Origin: Treponemataceae bacterium
Lineage (GTDB): Bacteria; Spirochaetota; Spirochaetia; Treponematales; Rectinemataceae
Reading direction: 5' to 3'
NCBI GenBank assembly: GCA_963677895.2
Contig: CAXXGJ010000022.1
Coordinates: 1-63,103, forward strand
Length of the DNA stretch: 63,103 bases
Shown here: positions 10,934 to 22,298 of the stretch, piece after piece
Position numbering within the stretch: position 1 is the stretch's first letter
Layout: each line of letters opens with the position of its first letter
Made by a program: the position numbers and the translations under genes
Notes under the pieces: model-generated
The model's input: only the letters and a program-made list of their open reading frames with translations
What the model was told of the DNA's origin: nothing
Databases searched by the model: none

Positions 10934-11674
10934 TCAGTCCATCAGATAGCCGCCGTTGACGTTCAGCGTCTCGCCGGTTATGAAGGCCGCTCCCTCCGAT
11001 ACGAGAAACAGCGCCGCCTCGGCCACGTCGCCGGCGGTACCCATGCGCTTCAGCGGTATGGATTCCACGACGGAACGCCGCTTTTCCTCCGACCACTCGG
11101 CGCTCATGTCGGTTTCGATCGCGTGGGGCGCCACGGCGTTCACTCTGATGCCGTATTCCGCCAGCTGGCGCGCCAGCGATCTCGTCAGCGCGTTGAGCGC
11201 TCCCTTGGACGCGCCATATACGGGAGCGGCCGTTATATCGCCCATCTTCCCCGCCACGGACGTGATGTTGAGTATGCTGCCGCCATTCTGCTCGATCATC
11301 TGGGGGATTACCGCCCTGCACCAGTAAAAATTGCCGTTGACGTTGACATCCATCACCTGGAGCCACTGGTCCCGGCTCAGGTCCATGATGCCTCCCCTCG
11401 CGATGATGCCGGCGTTGTTCACCAGGATATCGATCGATCCCTTTACGCCGACGATGGTCCGCGCGGCTTTTTCCACCGCGGCGATGTCGGTGATATCCAC
11501 GGAAAGCGACATCGCGTCGAATCCGCGCTGCCTGAGTTGGGTCACCGCGTCGACGGCTTCCCTGAGATCTATTATCACGACGCTGGCGCCTTCGGCCGCG
11601 AACCTGTAAGCGATTTCCTTGCCTATCCCGCGCGCGGCGCCCGTTATGACGGCGACTTTCCCTTTCAGTTTCAT
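10934..11674 (-). CDS. Short-chain dehydrogenase/reductase
   Basis: TGAARGIG, NNAG, YGASK and IRVNAVAP. Confidence 0.93.
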   Translation of the reverse strand: MKLKGKVAVITGAARGIGKEIAYRFAAEGASVVIIDLREAVDAVTQLRQRGFDAMSLSVDITDIAAVEKAARTIVGVKGSIDILVNNAGIIARGGIMDLSRDQWLQVMDVNVNGNFYWCRAVIPQMIEQNGGSILNITSVAGKMGDITAAPVYGASKGALNALTRSLARQLAEYGIRVNAVAPHAIETDMSAEWSEEKRRSVVESIPLKRMGTAGDVAEAALFLVSEGAAFITGETLNVNGGYLMD

Positions 11675-11688
11675 AAGGCTTGGCCTCC

Positions 11689-12969
11689 TCATCCGAAGAG
11701 CAGATTGGGCAGGAACAGGGTAATCTGCGGAAAGAAAACCAGGATGGCGATCATGACTACCGTAGTGAGCAGCCATGGCCACATATTGGCGATGTACTCC
11801 GACATAGGCACCTCCATCACCGAGCAGACGGCGTACATCGCCATGCCTACAGGCGGCGTCATATTGCCCATGGTGATGATCGTGCAGAATAGGATGCCGA
11901 AATGGACCGGGTCCCAGCCCAGCTTGAGCGCCAGGGGCAGGAAGATCGGCGTAAAGAGGAGGATTATCACCGACCCGTCCATGAACATCCCGAGGATGAT
12001 CATGATGATGATGATGAGGAACATCACGACGAATTTGTTGACCGATATCCCCAGGAAGAGGCTCGTGATGAGATCGGGAATCCTTTCAAAGGGAATGCCG
12101 TAGCCGAAAATCCCCGAGAGGGCGATGATGAACATGATGCCGCCCATGTCGAGCACCGAGGCGCCCAGGGTCTGGACTAAATTCGCCAGCGTCAGCTCCT
12201 TATAGGCGAAGAAGCCTACCAGGATGGCGTATACGCACGCGAAAGCCCCTATCTCGGAAGCGGTGAAGATTCCCGCCCTCAGCCCGACGAGGAGGAGGAC
12301 GGGAAAAAGAAGCGCCCAGATGTTTTCCTTCAGCGACGCGAATATTTCCCTCACCGACGAAGCTTTTTCCCGCTCGGGCTTATAGCCTTGGCGTTTGGAT
12401 ACCACCCATACGGTCAGCATGTAGGCGGCCGTCATGATCACGCCGACCATGAGTCCTGAGCTGAAGAGGCGGCCGATGGATACGTCGCCCGTCGTTCCGT
12501 AGAGGATGATTCCCACGCCTGGCGGAATGGTGGCGGTGATCAGCCCCGTCCAGGCCGTGCAGTTGGCGGTGAAGCCCCGGGAATAACCCTGCTTGATCAT
12601 GGCGGGAGCCAGGATGCGGGCTTCCATGGCTGCGTCGGCGATGGCCGAACCCGAAACGCCGCCCATGAGTGTGGAAAGCAGGACATTCACCTGAGCGAGT
12701 CCCCCTCTCATGTGACCCACCAGCACCGATGAAAGCCGCAGGAGCCGGTTGGTGATGCCTGATGTGTTCATGAGGTTGCCGGCGAGGATGAAGAGCGGAA
12801 CGGCCAGAAGAGTGAAGTTCTGTGTCTGCGCCACGGGCAGCTGGATGATCATGGTGAAGGGCAGCTCCGGATGCTGGAGGAAGAAGGCGACCCCCGAAAT
12901 TCCGATGGCGAAGGCCACCGGCATGCCCAAAGCCAGGAAAACCAGGAAAAGAACGCTTGTTATGAGCAT
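11689..12969 (-). CDS. TRAP transporter large permease DctM
   Basis: LLAVPLFILAGNLM, GGVSGSAIADA, DPVHFG and TPPVG. Confidence 0.95.
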   Translation of the reverse strand: MLITSVLFLVFLALGMPVAFAIGISGVAFFLQHPELPFTMIIQLPVAQTQNFTLLAVPLFILAGNLMNTSGITNRLLRLSSVLVGHMRGGLAQVNVLLSTLMGGVSGSAIADAAMEARILAPAMIKQGYSRGFTANCTAWTGLITATIPPGVGIILYGTTGDVSIGRLFSSGLMVGVIMTAAYMLTVWVVSKRQGYKPEREKASSVREIFASLKENIWALLFPVLLLVGLRAGIFTASEIGAFACVYAILVGFFAYKELTLANLVQTLGASVLDMGGIMFIIALSGIFGYGIPFERIPDLITSLFLGISVNKFVVMFLIIIIMIILGMFMDGSVIILLFTPIFLPLALKLGWDPVHFGILFCTIITMGNMTPPVGMAMYAVCSVMEVPMSEYIANMWPWLLTTVVMIAILVFFPQITLFLPNLLFG

Positions 12970-12970
12970 G

Positions 12971-13462
12971 TCAGGCCTCGCTCTTTTCGATTTCTGGCTT
13001 GTTCCGGGAAAGCATCTTTTTCAATTTTAAAATCACCGTGGCCATCTGCAGCAGGCTGCCGACCACCACGCTCAAGGTTACCCAGCTGTAGCTGAAGCCT
13101 GGTATGCCCTGAAACACCCTTCGCCGGGAAAACAGGCTCAGCTTGATGCCATAAAAGAAGAGGGCGGCCAGAAAGGCGAAGATTATGATGTAGGTGACGA
13201 CGGCTATGATCTTTTTAGTCCGCGCGGAAAAGCTTTTCACCAGCAGGTCGATACTCACCAGCTTGTCGGCGCGCAAGGCTACATCAGCGCTGAGAAAGAC
13301 GCTCCAGGTGAAAAGAAAGAGAGAAAGGTCCTGGGACCAATTGATAGGCTGTCTCAGCGTCCTGGCGATCGCGGCCACAAAGATGACGAGACAGGACGAG
13401 GCGAAGCAAAAGGCCGAAACTGATACTTCGGCCTTGCCTATAAAGTCGTAGAGCTTTTTCAT
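12971..13462 (-). CDS. TRAP transporter small permease DctQ
   Basis: 4 TM segments, PINWSQDLS motif, located between dctP and dctM. Confidence 0.9.
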   Translation of the reverse strand: MKKLYDFIGKAEVSVSAFCFASSCLVIFVAAIARTLRQPINWSQDLSLFLFTWSVFLSADVALRADKLVSIDLLVKSFSARTKKIIAVVTYIIIFAFLAALFFYGIKLSLFSRRRVFQGIPGFSYSWVTLSVVVGSLLQMATVILKLKKMLSRNKPEIEKSEA

Positions 13463-13529
13463 TGCGGTTCCTGCTATGCGGGGGTGTGGAATGGCGGAAG
13501 CCTCCAGGATGGAAGTCTCCGCCAGCCTT

Positions 13530-14531
13530 CTATTTTGTCTTGCCCAATTCCTTGTATACCTGGTCCCTCACGGCGAGGATGCCCAGCTTCTGGTAAGCCT
13601 TTTCGCCGGCGGCCCTGAAGGCAGCCATGTCAATCTCGGACTCGGGGATGAAGGTCATGCCCGCGGCCTTGAGCACTGCGAGGCTTTTGGGGTCGATGTC
13701 GTTGAGATAGCTGCGCGAAACCTCGAGACCGGCCTTGTCGCACTCCTCTTCCAGGATTTTCTGGTATTCCGCCGGAAGGGAGTTGAACCACTTGATGCTG
13801 ATCACTTCGAAATTGATGAGGAGGATGTGCTTGGTTTCGCAGGCGTACTTCGTCACTTCCTGGAATTTTCCGCTGGCCGAGGCGGTAAAGGAGAGTTCGA
13901 CGCCGTCGATAGCCTTGGTCTGCAATCCCGAATACATGTCGCCGTAGGCCATGGCCACTGGGGTGGCGCCTATGGCGCGGATCGATTCCTGCCAGATCGG
14001 GGCGGGCGGCGTCCTGATCCTGAGACCTGCCAAGTCCGAAGGTTTCCTGATGGGCTTGTTGGTGACCATCTGCCTGAAGCCCTGGACCCACATGAAGGAG
14101 AGGATCTTGAAGCCCTGGGTCTTCTCGAGTTCGGCCTTCCAGCCGAGGACGGAGGGCAGCGAGTTCAGCTTCTGGACTTCCTCAAGGCTCTCCACGAAAT
14201 ACGGACCGTTCATGACCGCGATTCCTGGCACATACTGTCCGAGGCGGGCGGCGTCGGTGTTCTGCCCCACGTTCGCCCCCTGGCGGATCTGCTCGAGAAT
14301 GTCCTCCTCCACGCCCAGCTGGGCACTCGGGAACACTTCGATCTTGAGGTTGCCGTTGGTTCTCGCCGACACGGCTTCGGCCCATTTGAGGAATGCCTTG
14401 TGGTAGGGATCCTGGGTCGTCAGGACGTGGTTGAACTTAAGCACATACTTTTTGCCGGTGGCCTGCGCGGCGGCGAACGACAGGCCCAGTACCAGGATGA
14501 GGGCTACTAGTAGTGTCACTTTTCTCTTCAC
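13530..14531 (-). CDS. TRAP substrate-binding protein DctP
   Basis: Signal peptide, VFPSAQLG, DLAGLRIRTP (conserved carboxylate-binding Arg) and YSGLQTKAIDG. Confidence 0.95.
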   Translation of the reverse strand: MKRKVTLLVALILVLGLSFAAAQATGKKYVLKFNHVLTTQDPYHKAFLKWAEAVSARTNGNLKIEVFPSAQLGVEEDILEQIRQGANVGQNTDAARLGQYVPGIAVMNGPYFVESLEEVQKLNSLPSVLGWKAELEKTQGFKILSFMWVQGFRQMVTNKPIRKPSDLAGLRIRTPPAPIWQESIRAIGATPVAMAYGDMYSGLQTKAIDGVELSFTASASGKFQEVTKYACETKHILLINFEVISIKWFNSLPAEYQKILEEECDKAGLEVSRSYLNDIDPKSLAVLKAAGMTFIPESEIDMAAFRAAGEKAYQKLGILAVRDQVYKELGKTK

Positions 14532-14568
14532 GATAGACCTCCTTTTCGATCTTGCGGATTCAATCTTG

Positions 14569-14613
14569 CTGATATCTTAGATAGATGATATCTTGATACC
14601 AAGGATCTGTCAA
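14569..14613 (-). promoter_or_regulatory. sigma70 promoter TTGACA-N17-TATCAT for dctPQM, overlapped by GATA repeats
   Basis: -35 at 14613-14608 and -10 at 14590-14585. GATA units start at 14571, 14580, 14587 and 14594. Confidence 0.7.
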
Positions 14614-14620
14614 AAGAAAA

Positions 14621-15523
14621 ATGAAAACCGATATATCGTCTTTAAATCGTTTCCATGTACCGGGACGCATCTGGGTCGAGAACGGCAATGGCAGCCTTCC
14701 GCTCCTGCGTCTTCACGGCGACGCGGGGGACTGCTCGGTCTATCCCTATGGGGCGCATGTGGCGAGTTTCCGCCCCGTGGGCGGCGAGGAGCTGCTATGG
14801 ATGAGCCCATACAGCGCTTTTGAAGAGGGAAAACCCATCCGCGGAGGAATTCCCCTCTGTTTTCCCTGGTTCGGGAAGCACGGTTCGCGGAGTGATCTCC
14901 CCCTTCACGGCTTTGCGCGCACTCGCGTCTGGGATCTCGCGTCGGCGGCGCTTCTCCCGGACGGAAGGACCAGCGCCGTCTTTACTCTCGGCGACGCTGA
15001 GAGCACCCGCACGCAATGGCCGTTCAGGTTCAGCCTCGCGCTGGCCGTCACCGTCGGCGAGAGGCTGGAAATGGAGCTCGAGGTGAGGAACAGCGGAGAA
15101 TCCGCTTTTCGGTACGAGGAAGTCTTCCACACCTATTTCCGCGTCGGCGCCCCTTCGGCCTGCGAGGTCCACGGCCTGGATGGCCTCGGGTACATCGACC
15201 GCGTAAGGGGCGACGTCCGCGCGCTGCAGTCAGGTCCGGCGAAATTCGTCGGGGAGACGGTGAACGCCTACATGGGCGCCCCTGCCATGTGCGAGCTCGT
15301 CGACCATTCCGCCGGCCGGATGGTGCGGGTGGAGCAGGAGGGCATGGACGCGACGGTGATATGGAATCCGGGCGCCGCCGCAGGCGGCGCCAATCCGGAA
15401 ATCCGCGAAGCGTGGAAACGTTTCGTCTGCGTGGAATCGGCCAATTGTCTCGACTACCCTGTTACACTCTCGCCAGGCGAATCCCATCGCGCTATTGTAA
15501 GGCTGAGCGCCGAGAATATTTAA
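14621..15523 (+). CDS. D-hexose-6-phosphate mutarotase (aldose 1-epimerase family)
   Basis: GAHVASF, IRGGIPLCFPWFG, HGFAR, HTYF, VIWNPG and FVCVE. Confidence 0.92.
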   Translation: MKTDISSLNRFHVPGRIWVENGNGSLPLLRLHGDAGDCSVYPYGAHVASFRPVGGEELLWMSPYSAFEEGKPIRGGIPLCFPWFGKHGSRSDLPLHGFARTRVWDLASAALLPDGRTSAVFTLGDAESTRTQWPFRFSLALAVTVGERLEMELEVRNSGESAFRYEEVFHTYFRVGAPSACEVHGLDGLGYIDRVRGDVRALQSGPAKFVGETVNAYMGAPAMCELVDHSAGRMVRVEQEGMDATVIWNPGAAAGGANPEIREAWKRFVCVESANCLDYPVTLSPGESHRAIVRLSAENI

Positions 15524-15547
15524 GCAAGGACCCGAGAGGAGCGTGAC

Positions 15548-16639
15548 ATGAGCGGAGAAATTAGGATAAAACGCGAAGATTTGGAACGATTCTGCGCCGA
15601 TGTCTTCATGAAGCTGGGGCTGTCCCGCGGCGAGGCTGTCGATTCGGCCGAAATCCTGGTGGCGGCCGACGCCCGCGGCATCGGAAGCCATGGAGTCGGC
15701 CGCCTCTGGCGTTACGAAAACGGCATCAAGAAAGGCATCATGTCGGGAGGCGTACAGTCGAAAGTCCTGCGCGAAACGCCCATGTCCCTCGTCCTCGACG
15801 CCCAGGGGGCCATGGGCCTCTCCTTGAGCAAACACACAATGGAGCGGGTCATCGGAAAAGCTGAAGCCGTCGGCGCGGCCTTCGCCTCCATCCGCAACTC
15901 CAACCATTTCGGCATAGCGGGCTTTTATACGGAAATGGCCGCGCGACGCGACATGATAGGCATCTGCATGACCAATACGGCTGCGCTGGGAGTCCCCACT
16001 TTCGGACGCAGCGCCATGTTCGGCACCAATCCCATCGCCGTGTCCGTCCCCGCGCTGAAGGGCCGGATGTTCACTCTCGACATGGCCACCACCTGCGTGA
16101 CGCGCGGCAAGGTCGAAGTCTACGACCGCGAAAACAAGGCCCTCCCTCTCGGCTGGGCCGTGGACACGAAGGGAAAGGAGACAGCCGACGCCCATAGCCT
16201 CCTGGAGGACATGCTTTTCCAGCGCGGCGGCGGTCTCCTCCCCCTGGGCGGCGAAGGCGAGCTGTTCAGCGGTTATAAGGGCTATGGCCTCGCCGTCCTC
16301 GTCGACATCATGACGGCTATCGCTTCGGGGGGAGTTTTCGGCAAATCGGTTATGGACAGCGAGGCCACATCGGCGCGCGTATGCCATTTCTTCGGCGCGA
16401 TCCGCCTGGATCTGTTCCGCGATCCCGAGGAATTCAAGACCGATATGGATCGTATGCTCGCCGAGCTTACCGGCGCCGAGCCGGCCGAAGGCTGCAGCCG
16501 CGTCTATTACGCGGGACTCAAGGAACACGAATCGGAAGTCATTAGCGATGGGATCGGAGTTCCCCTCACCGCGAAGGTAGCGGAGCGGCTGAAACGCATC
16601 GGCGACGATCTGGGGGTGGCCTTTCCGTCTCAGCCCTGA
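15548..16639 (+). CDS. Ldh_2 family (malate/L-lactate/sulfolactate-type) oxidoreductase
   Basis: ADARGIGSHG, NSNHFG, GTNPIA, LDMATT and GYKGYGLA. Confidence 0.92.
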   Translation: MSGEIRIKREDLERFCADVFMKLGLSRGEAVDSAEILVAADARGIGSHGVGRLWRYENGIKKGIMSGGVQSKVLRETPMSLVLDAQGAMGLSLSKHTMERVIGKAEAVGAAFASIRNSNHFGIAGFYTEMAARRDMIGICMTNTAALGVPTFGRSAMFGTNPIAVSVPALKGRMFTLDMATTCVTRGKVEVYDRENKALPLGWAVDTKGKETADAHSLLEDMLFQRGGGLLPLGGEGELFSGYKGYGLAVLVDIMTAIASGGVFGKSVMDSEATSARVCHFFGAIRLDLFRDPEEFKTDMDRMLAELTGAEPAEGCSRVYYAGLKEHESEVISDGIGVPLTAKVAERLKRIGDDLGVAFPSQP

Positions 16640-17235
16640 ATTATCCTGATATAGTTGGTGATTCCGCCGAGAAGCATATCCACGGATATGGCCGTCAGCA
16701 CGAGTCCCATCAATTTCTCGATGGCGCTCAGGAAACGATCGCCAAGCCAATTCTCCAGCCTGGAAGAGCCCAGGAACACGATTGTCGTCACCGCGATGGC
16801 TATAAAAATGGAGCCTATCCATTCGAAGGTTCTATTGGGCGATGATTTGGCGAGAAGCATGACCGTCGTCATGGCCGAAGGTCCCGCGATGAGGGGTATG
16901 GCCAGGGGCACGATGAAAGGTTCGGCTCCCGCCTCGTCCTCGACCAGCTGGCCGCCCGACTTCGGGAATACCATATTGATGGCGATGAGAAAGAGAATGA
17001 CGCCGCCCGCAATCCTCAAAGATTCATCGGAGATGTTCACCGCGTCGAGGAAAGCGGACCCGAAGAAGAGAAAGATCGCGAGCGCGAGAAAAGCGATGGC
17101 GCATTCGCGCAGTATCACGTGCCTTCTGCGCGACGGATCCACATGCTTGAGCGCCGCCAGCAGAAGTGGCACGTTTCCCAGCGGATCGGTGATGAGTATG
17201 AGAAGAATCGTGGCCGACAAAAAACTTTGTTTCAT
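16630..17235 (-). CDS. MarC family membrane protein
   Basis: ITDPLGNVP, LRIAGGVILF and FIVPLAIPLIAGP. Start MKQSF follows an AAGGG-type RBS. Confidence 0.92.
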   Translation of the reverse strand: MKQSFLSATILLILITDPLGNVPLLLAALKHVDPSRRRHVILRECAIAFLALAIFLFFGSAFLDAVNISDESLRIAGGVILFLIAINMVFPKSGGQLVEDEAGAEPFIVPLAIPLIAGPSAMTTVMLLAKSSPNRTFEWIGSIFIAIAVTTIVFLGSSRLENWLGDRFLSAIEKLMGLVLTAISVDMLLGGITNYIRIIQG

Positions 17236-17255
17236 GGTTCCCTTCCTCTTCCGCC

Positions 17256-18122
17256 CTATCGTATCGCTTTCGCCGTCCGCCGCACAGACACGAACGAGGA
17301 AGCCAGCACCGCGGCGATTATGATGAGACCGCCCAGAATGGAACGGAAACCGGGCGCTTCGCGCGTCGCCAAAAACACCCAGACCGGATTGAAGAGCGGT
17401 TCGATGACGGCGATGAGGATGCTTTCCAGTGCCGTTATGCGCTTTATGCCATAGGAGAACAGCACGGCCGCCAGCCCGATCTGAACGACGCCGAGCGCCG
17501 TGATCGCGAAAAGCGACCCGGCGGTGATCGTCGGCGCCGGCATGAAGAGGGAAATGACACCCGCGATGACGGCGGTGAATATATGTCCGAGGAGGAGGGA
17601 GTCCAGGGGCGAGGCGTCTTTCTGTTTGCGCATGAGCACGATGTTCAGGGCGAAGGTCATGCCCGAGAGCGTTGCCGCGATGTCGCCGATCAAGTTCCCC
17701 TTGCCCAGGGAGTCCATGAAGAACAGCACCATGCCGCCGCATATCGCGACGAGGGCGAGCCAATGCTCTATCTTGGGCCTTTCCCTGAGAACGACCGCGC
17801 TTATGAGCGCCACATAGATGGGGGCTCCGTACTGAATGAGAATAGCGTTGGCTGATGTCGTATTCTTGTTGGCGAAAACGAAGAGGAGCATGGTAGAGGA
17901 ATAGGCGATGGCCGATCCCACCTGCAGCGCCGAGAAGCTGAACTTCGGGCGGCGTATCACGGCAAGGAGGAAGAGCGCGGCTATGGCGCTGCGTCCTCCC
18001 GCTATGGCGAAAGGCTGCCAATCGATGAGCTTGATGAAGATGCCGGCCAGGCTCCAGAGAAAGGCGCATCCGGCCATGGCCGCTATTCCCGCCGTTTGCC
18101 GGGACATGTACCGATCCATCAT
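17256..18122 (-). CDS. EamA/DMT family transporter
   Basis: About 10 TM segments with duplicated EamA repeats (ANAILIQYGAP, IEPLFNPVW). Confidence 0.9.
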   Translation of the reverse strand: MMDRYMSRQTAGIAAMAGCAFLWSLAGIFIKLIDWQPFAIAGGRSAIAALFLLAVIRRPKFSFSALQVGSAIAYSSTMLLFVFANKNTTSANAILIQYGAPIYVALISAVVLRERPKIEHWLALVAICGGMVLFFMDSLGKGNLIGDIAATLSGMTFALNIVLMRKQKDASPLDSLLLGHIFTAVIAGVISLFMPAPTITAGSLFAITALGVVQIGLAAVLFSYGIKRITALESILIAVIEPLFNPVWVFLATREAPGFRSILGGLIIIAAVLASSFVSVRRTAKAIR

Positions 18123-18125
18123 CGA

Positions 18126-19808
<1,683 letters not shown>

Positions 19809-19932
19809 AGCGGTACTATATCGAAAATCGCTTTTCTCGTCGCCCCCTGAAACATCCCAACAGGATCTTCAGGCAAAGACCAGAGAGTGTTTCAAGAATG
19901 TCTTTCTATTCAATTATTATTATATTTCAGGA

Positions 19933-20694
19933 ATGAAATATGGCACTCAAATGTTGTTACTGATTCTCGGTCTCGGCGCCGCCCTCGGACTCGGTTCCTG
20001 CGCGGGGAAACTCGACGCCCAGACAGTCCAACCTTCACCCTCGGAAATGCTGCCATCTCCATCCCGAACTCTTCCCAAGGAGAATACAATGACAAAGACT
20101 CCAGCTCCTCCTCCCCCCTGGTCGGCCTCCCCTCCCTTCGCAAGCCATGATTTCGCGAAACCCCTTCCCCTCGCCGGCGATGGCGGTCTCGAATACGCCG
20201 TGCTCGCCGGCGGCTGCTTCTGGTGTCTCGAAGCCGTCTACGAGAACCTCCCCGGCGTCGTCGACGTCGTTTCGGGCTACATCGGCGGATCCGCGCCCCG
20301 CCCTACCTACGAATACGTATCTACGGGCGCCAGCGGCCACACCGAAGCGGTGCGGATCGCCTTCGATCCCGCTCGCGTCAGCTATGATGAGCTTCTGAAG
20401 TATTTCTGGAAGATACACAATCCCACGACGAAGGATCGTCAGGGCGCCGATGTCGGCTCCCAGTACCGATCGGCAATCTTTTATACCAGCGAAAGCCAGA
20501 AAGCGGCGGCCCTCGCTTCGATCGAAAAACAGAAACCCTGGTGGCCCGCTCCCATCGTCACTGAACTTCTGCCGGCCGGCGACTTCTGGATAGCCGAGGA
20601 ATACCACCAGGACTTCTACCGTCGCAATCCCAACTACGGCTACTGCGCCGTCGTCATAGCCCCAAAATTGAAAAAAGCCGGATTCGGGGACTGA
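19933..20694 (+). CDS. msrA: Peptide-methionine (S)-S-oxide reductase, predicted lipoprotein
   Basis: GGCFWC, QGADVGSQYRS and AEEYHQDF. N-terminal lipobox LGSC followed by a Pro-rich linker. Confidence 0.93.
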   Translation: MKYGTQMLLLILGLGAALGLGSCAGKLDAQTVQPSPSEMLPSPSRTLPKENTMTKTPAPPPPWSASPPFASHDFAKPLPLAGDGGLEYAVLAGGCFWCLEAVYENLPGVVDVVSGYIGGSAPRPTYEYVSTGASGHTEAVRIAFDPARVSYDELLKYFWKIHNPTTKDRQGADVGSQYRSAIFYTSESQKAAALASIEKQKPWWPAPIVTELLPAGDFWIAEEYHQDFYRRNPNYGYCAVVIAPKLKKAGFGD

Positions 20695-20740
20695 GCCCGG
20701 CCGGCTTTATCGATTGCGTAGGAGAGGCGGTCCGTGACCG

Positions 20741-21265
20741 TCAGTACTTCCCGACCTGCCGCTGGAAAGCGTTCAGGTGGTTCACGGAACCGTTTTTCAG
20801 GTTGGTGAAAAGGGTCCTCAGGTCCGCGTACTGGCTCCCCTGGATAAGCGGGCTTGCCAGGAATTTGTCATACATGGCGATATTGTCGATTTCCGCCTGT
20901 ACCCCGGCCTTGTAGGCATCGAGGAGGGTAGTTGGCGCCTGAACGTAATTGGCTGCCTCGTCCCTGGGAAACTGCAATTTGTAGGCGGCGAAGGCGTCCT
21001 TGAGCCAGGCGAGGTGGTTCTCTTCGGCGTTCTTTATGTTGCTGAAGGGCCTGGCCGTGCCGAACTTGGCTATTATGGCGACATATTCGGCGCGGGCGAA
21101 GTATTCGTCCTGGGCGGCATAGAGGAGCATATCCTCTATGGTGAGGGAGTCGTCGGCCTTCGCGGCGGCATTGCCGTAAACCGTAAGGGTTCCGGCCGCT
21201 CCGGCCGTCGCGAGAGAAAGGGAAACCATCAGCGCGATGGCGATGGCGCGTACTGTTCTTTTCAT
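20741..21265 (-). CDS. Secreted ferritin-like (DUF2202-like) protein
   Basis: Signal peptide plus di-iron-like motifs QDEYFARAEY, AEENHL, AEIDNIAMY and SVNHL. Confidence 0.75.
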   Translation of the reverse strand: MKRTVRAIAIALMVSLSLATAGAAGTLTVYGNAAAKADDSLTIEDMLLYAAQDEYFARAEYVAIIAKFGTARPFSNIKNAEENHLAWLKDAFAAYKLQFPRDEAANYVQAPTTLLDAYKAGVQAEIDNIAMYDKFLASPLIQGSQYADLRTLFTNLKNGSVNHLNAFQRQVGKY

Positions 21266-21373
21266 TTCGATGCTCCTGTTCTACATTTTCGCCACAGGGT
21301 CTTTTTCGATCTCCTGGTGGCGTATAAATATATAAGCAGGATTCATGCCAACAATAATATAATTATCTATTCA

Positions 21374-21396
21374 TTATGTAATATATATTTACATAA
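21374..21396. promoter_or_regulatory. Inverted repeat TTATGTAA-N7-TTACATAA, putative operator
   Basis: Perfect 8-bp arms in an AT-rich region upstream of the ferritin-like gene. Confidence 0.5.
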
Positions 21397-21455
21397 GACT
21401 ACAGAGAACCCCGAAATCAGCGCGTATGCAAAAACGGGCAATATTTGCCCATTCT

Positions 21456-22241
21456 CTAGAGGTTGGAGACTTCTATATCCTTGAAATAGCGGACGGTGCC
21501 GACCTTGAGCTCGAGGGTCGCGTCCTCGTCGCAGACGATGATGCCCTTCCGGTGGAGCTGGAGGCAGCTGATCGTCCACATGTGGTTGACGCCTTCCTCG
21601 ATGGCATGCCGCAAAGCCCTGGCCTTGTTCTGGCCGTTGGCCAGCACCATGACTTCCCTTGCGTCCATGACGGTGCCGACGCCCACGGTGAGAGCTGTGG
21701 ATGGCACCTTGGCGGGATCGTTGTCGAAAAATCGTCCGTTGGCGATTTTCGTATCCATGGTGAGCGTCTTTATGCGGGTGCGGGAGGAGAGGGAGGAACC
21801 GGGCTCGTTGAAGGCGATATGGCCGTCGGGACCTATGCCACCCACGAAGAGATCGATGCCGTCCGCTTTCTGGATTTTATCCTCGTAGGCGGCGCATTCG
21901 GCTACAAGATCGGGAGCCATCCCGTCGAGTATATGAACGTTCTTGGCGGGAATATCTATATGCGAGAAGAAGTTATCCCACATGAATCGGTAATAGCTCT
22001 GCTGATGTTCCTTCGGCAGACCGACGTACTCATCCATATTGAACGTGACGACATTCGCGAAGGAAACCAGTTTCGCGCGGTTCATTTCGATGAGTCGGCG
22101 ATACATGCCAAGGGGAGAAGATCCCGTGGGCAGCCCCAGCACGAATGGACGACCGGCGGGAGCTCCGTTTATCTTGGCCGCGACGTAATCCGCCGCCCAT
22201 TTGGCCACACCGGCGCTGTTCCGCTGAATGATGACTCTCAT
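21456..22241 (-). CDS. nagB: Glucosamine-6-phosphate deaminase
   Basis: [19 protein letters not shown] and [17 protein letters not shown]. Confidence 0.97.
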   Translation of the reverse strand: MRVIIQRNSAGVAKWAADYVAAKINGAPAGRPFVLGLPTGSSPLGMYRRLIEMNRAKLVSFANVVTFNMDEYVGLPKEHQQSYYRFMWDNFFSHIDIPAKNVHILDGMAPDLVAECAAYEDKIQKADGIDLFVGGIGPDGHIAFNEPGSSLSSRTRIKTLTMDTKIANGRFFDNDPAKVPSTALTVGVGTVMDAREVMVLANGQNKARALRHAIEEGVNHMWTISCLQLHRKGIIVCDEDATLELKVGTVRYFKDIEVSNL

Positions 22242-22298
22242 CGTTGTCTCCTTTCACCTCTGGCGCAAAAATAAGCAGCCTTCATGCCGGCTGCCCCG

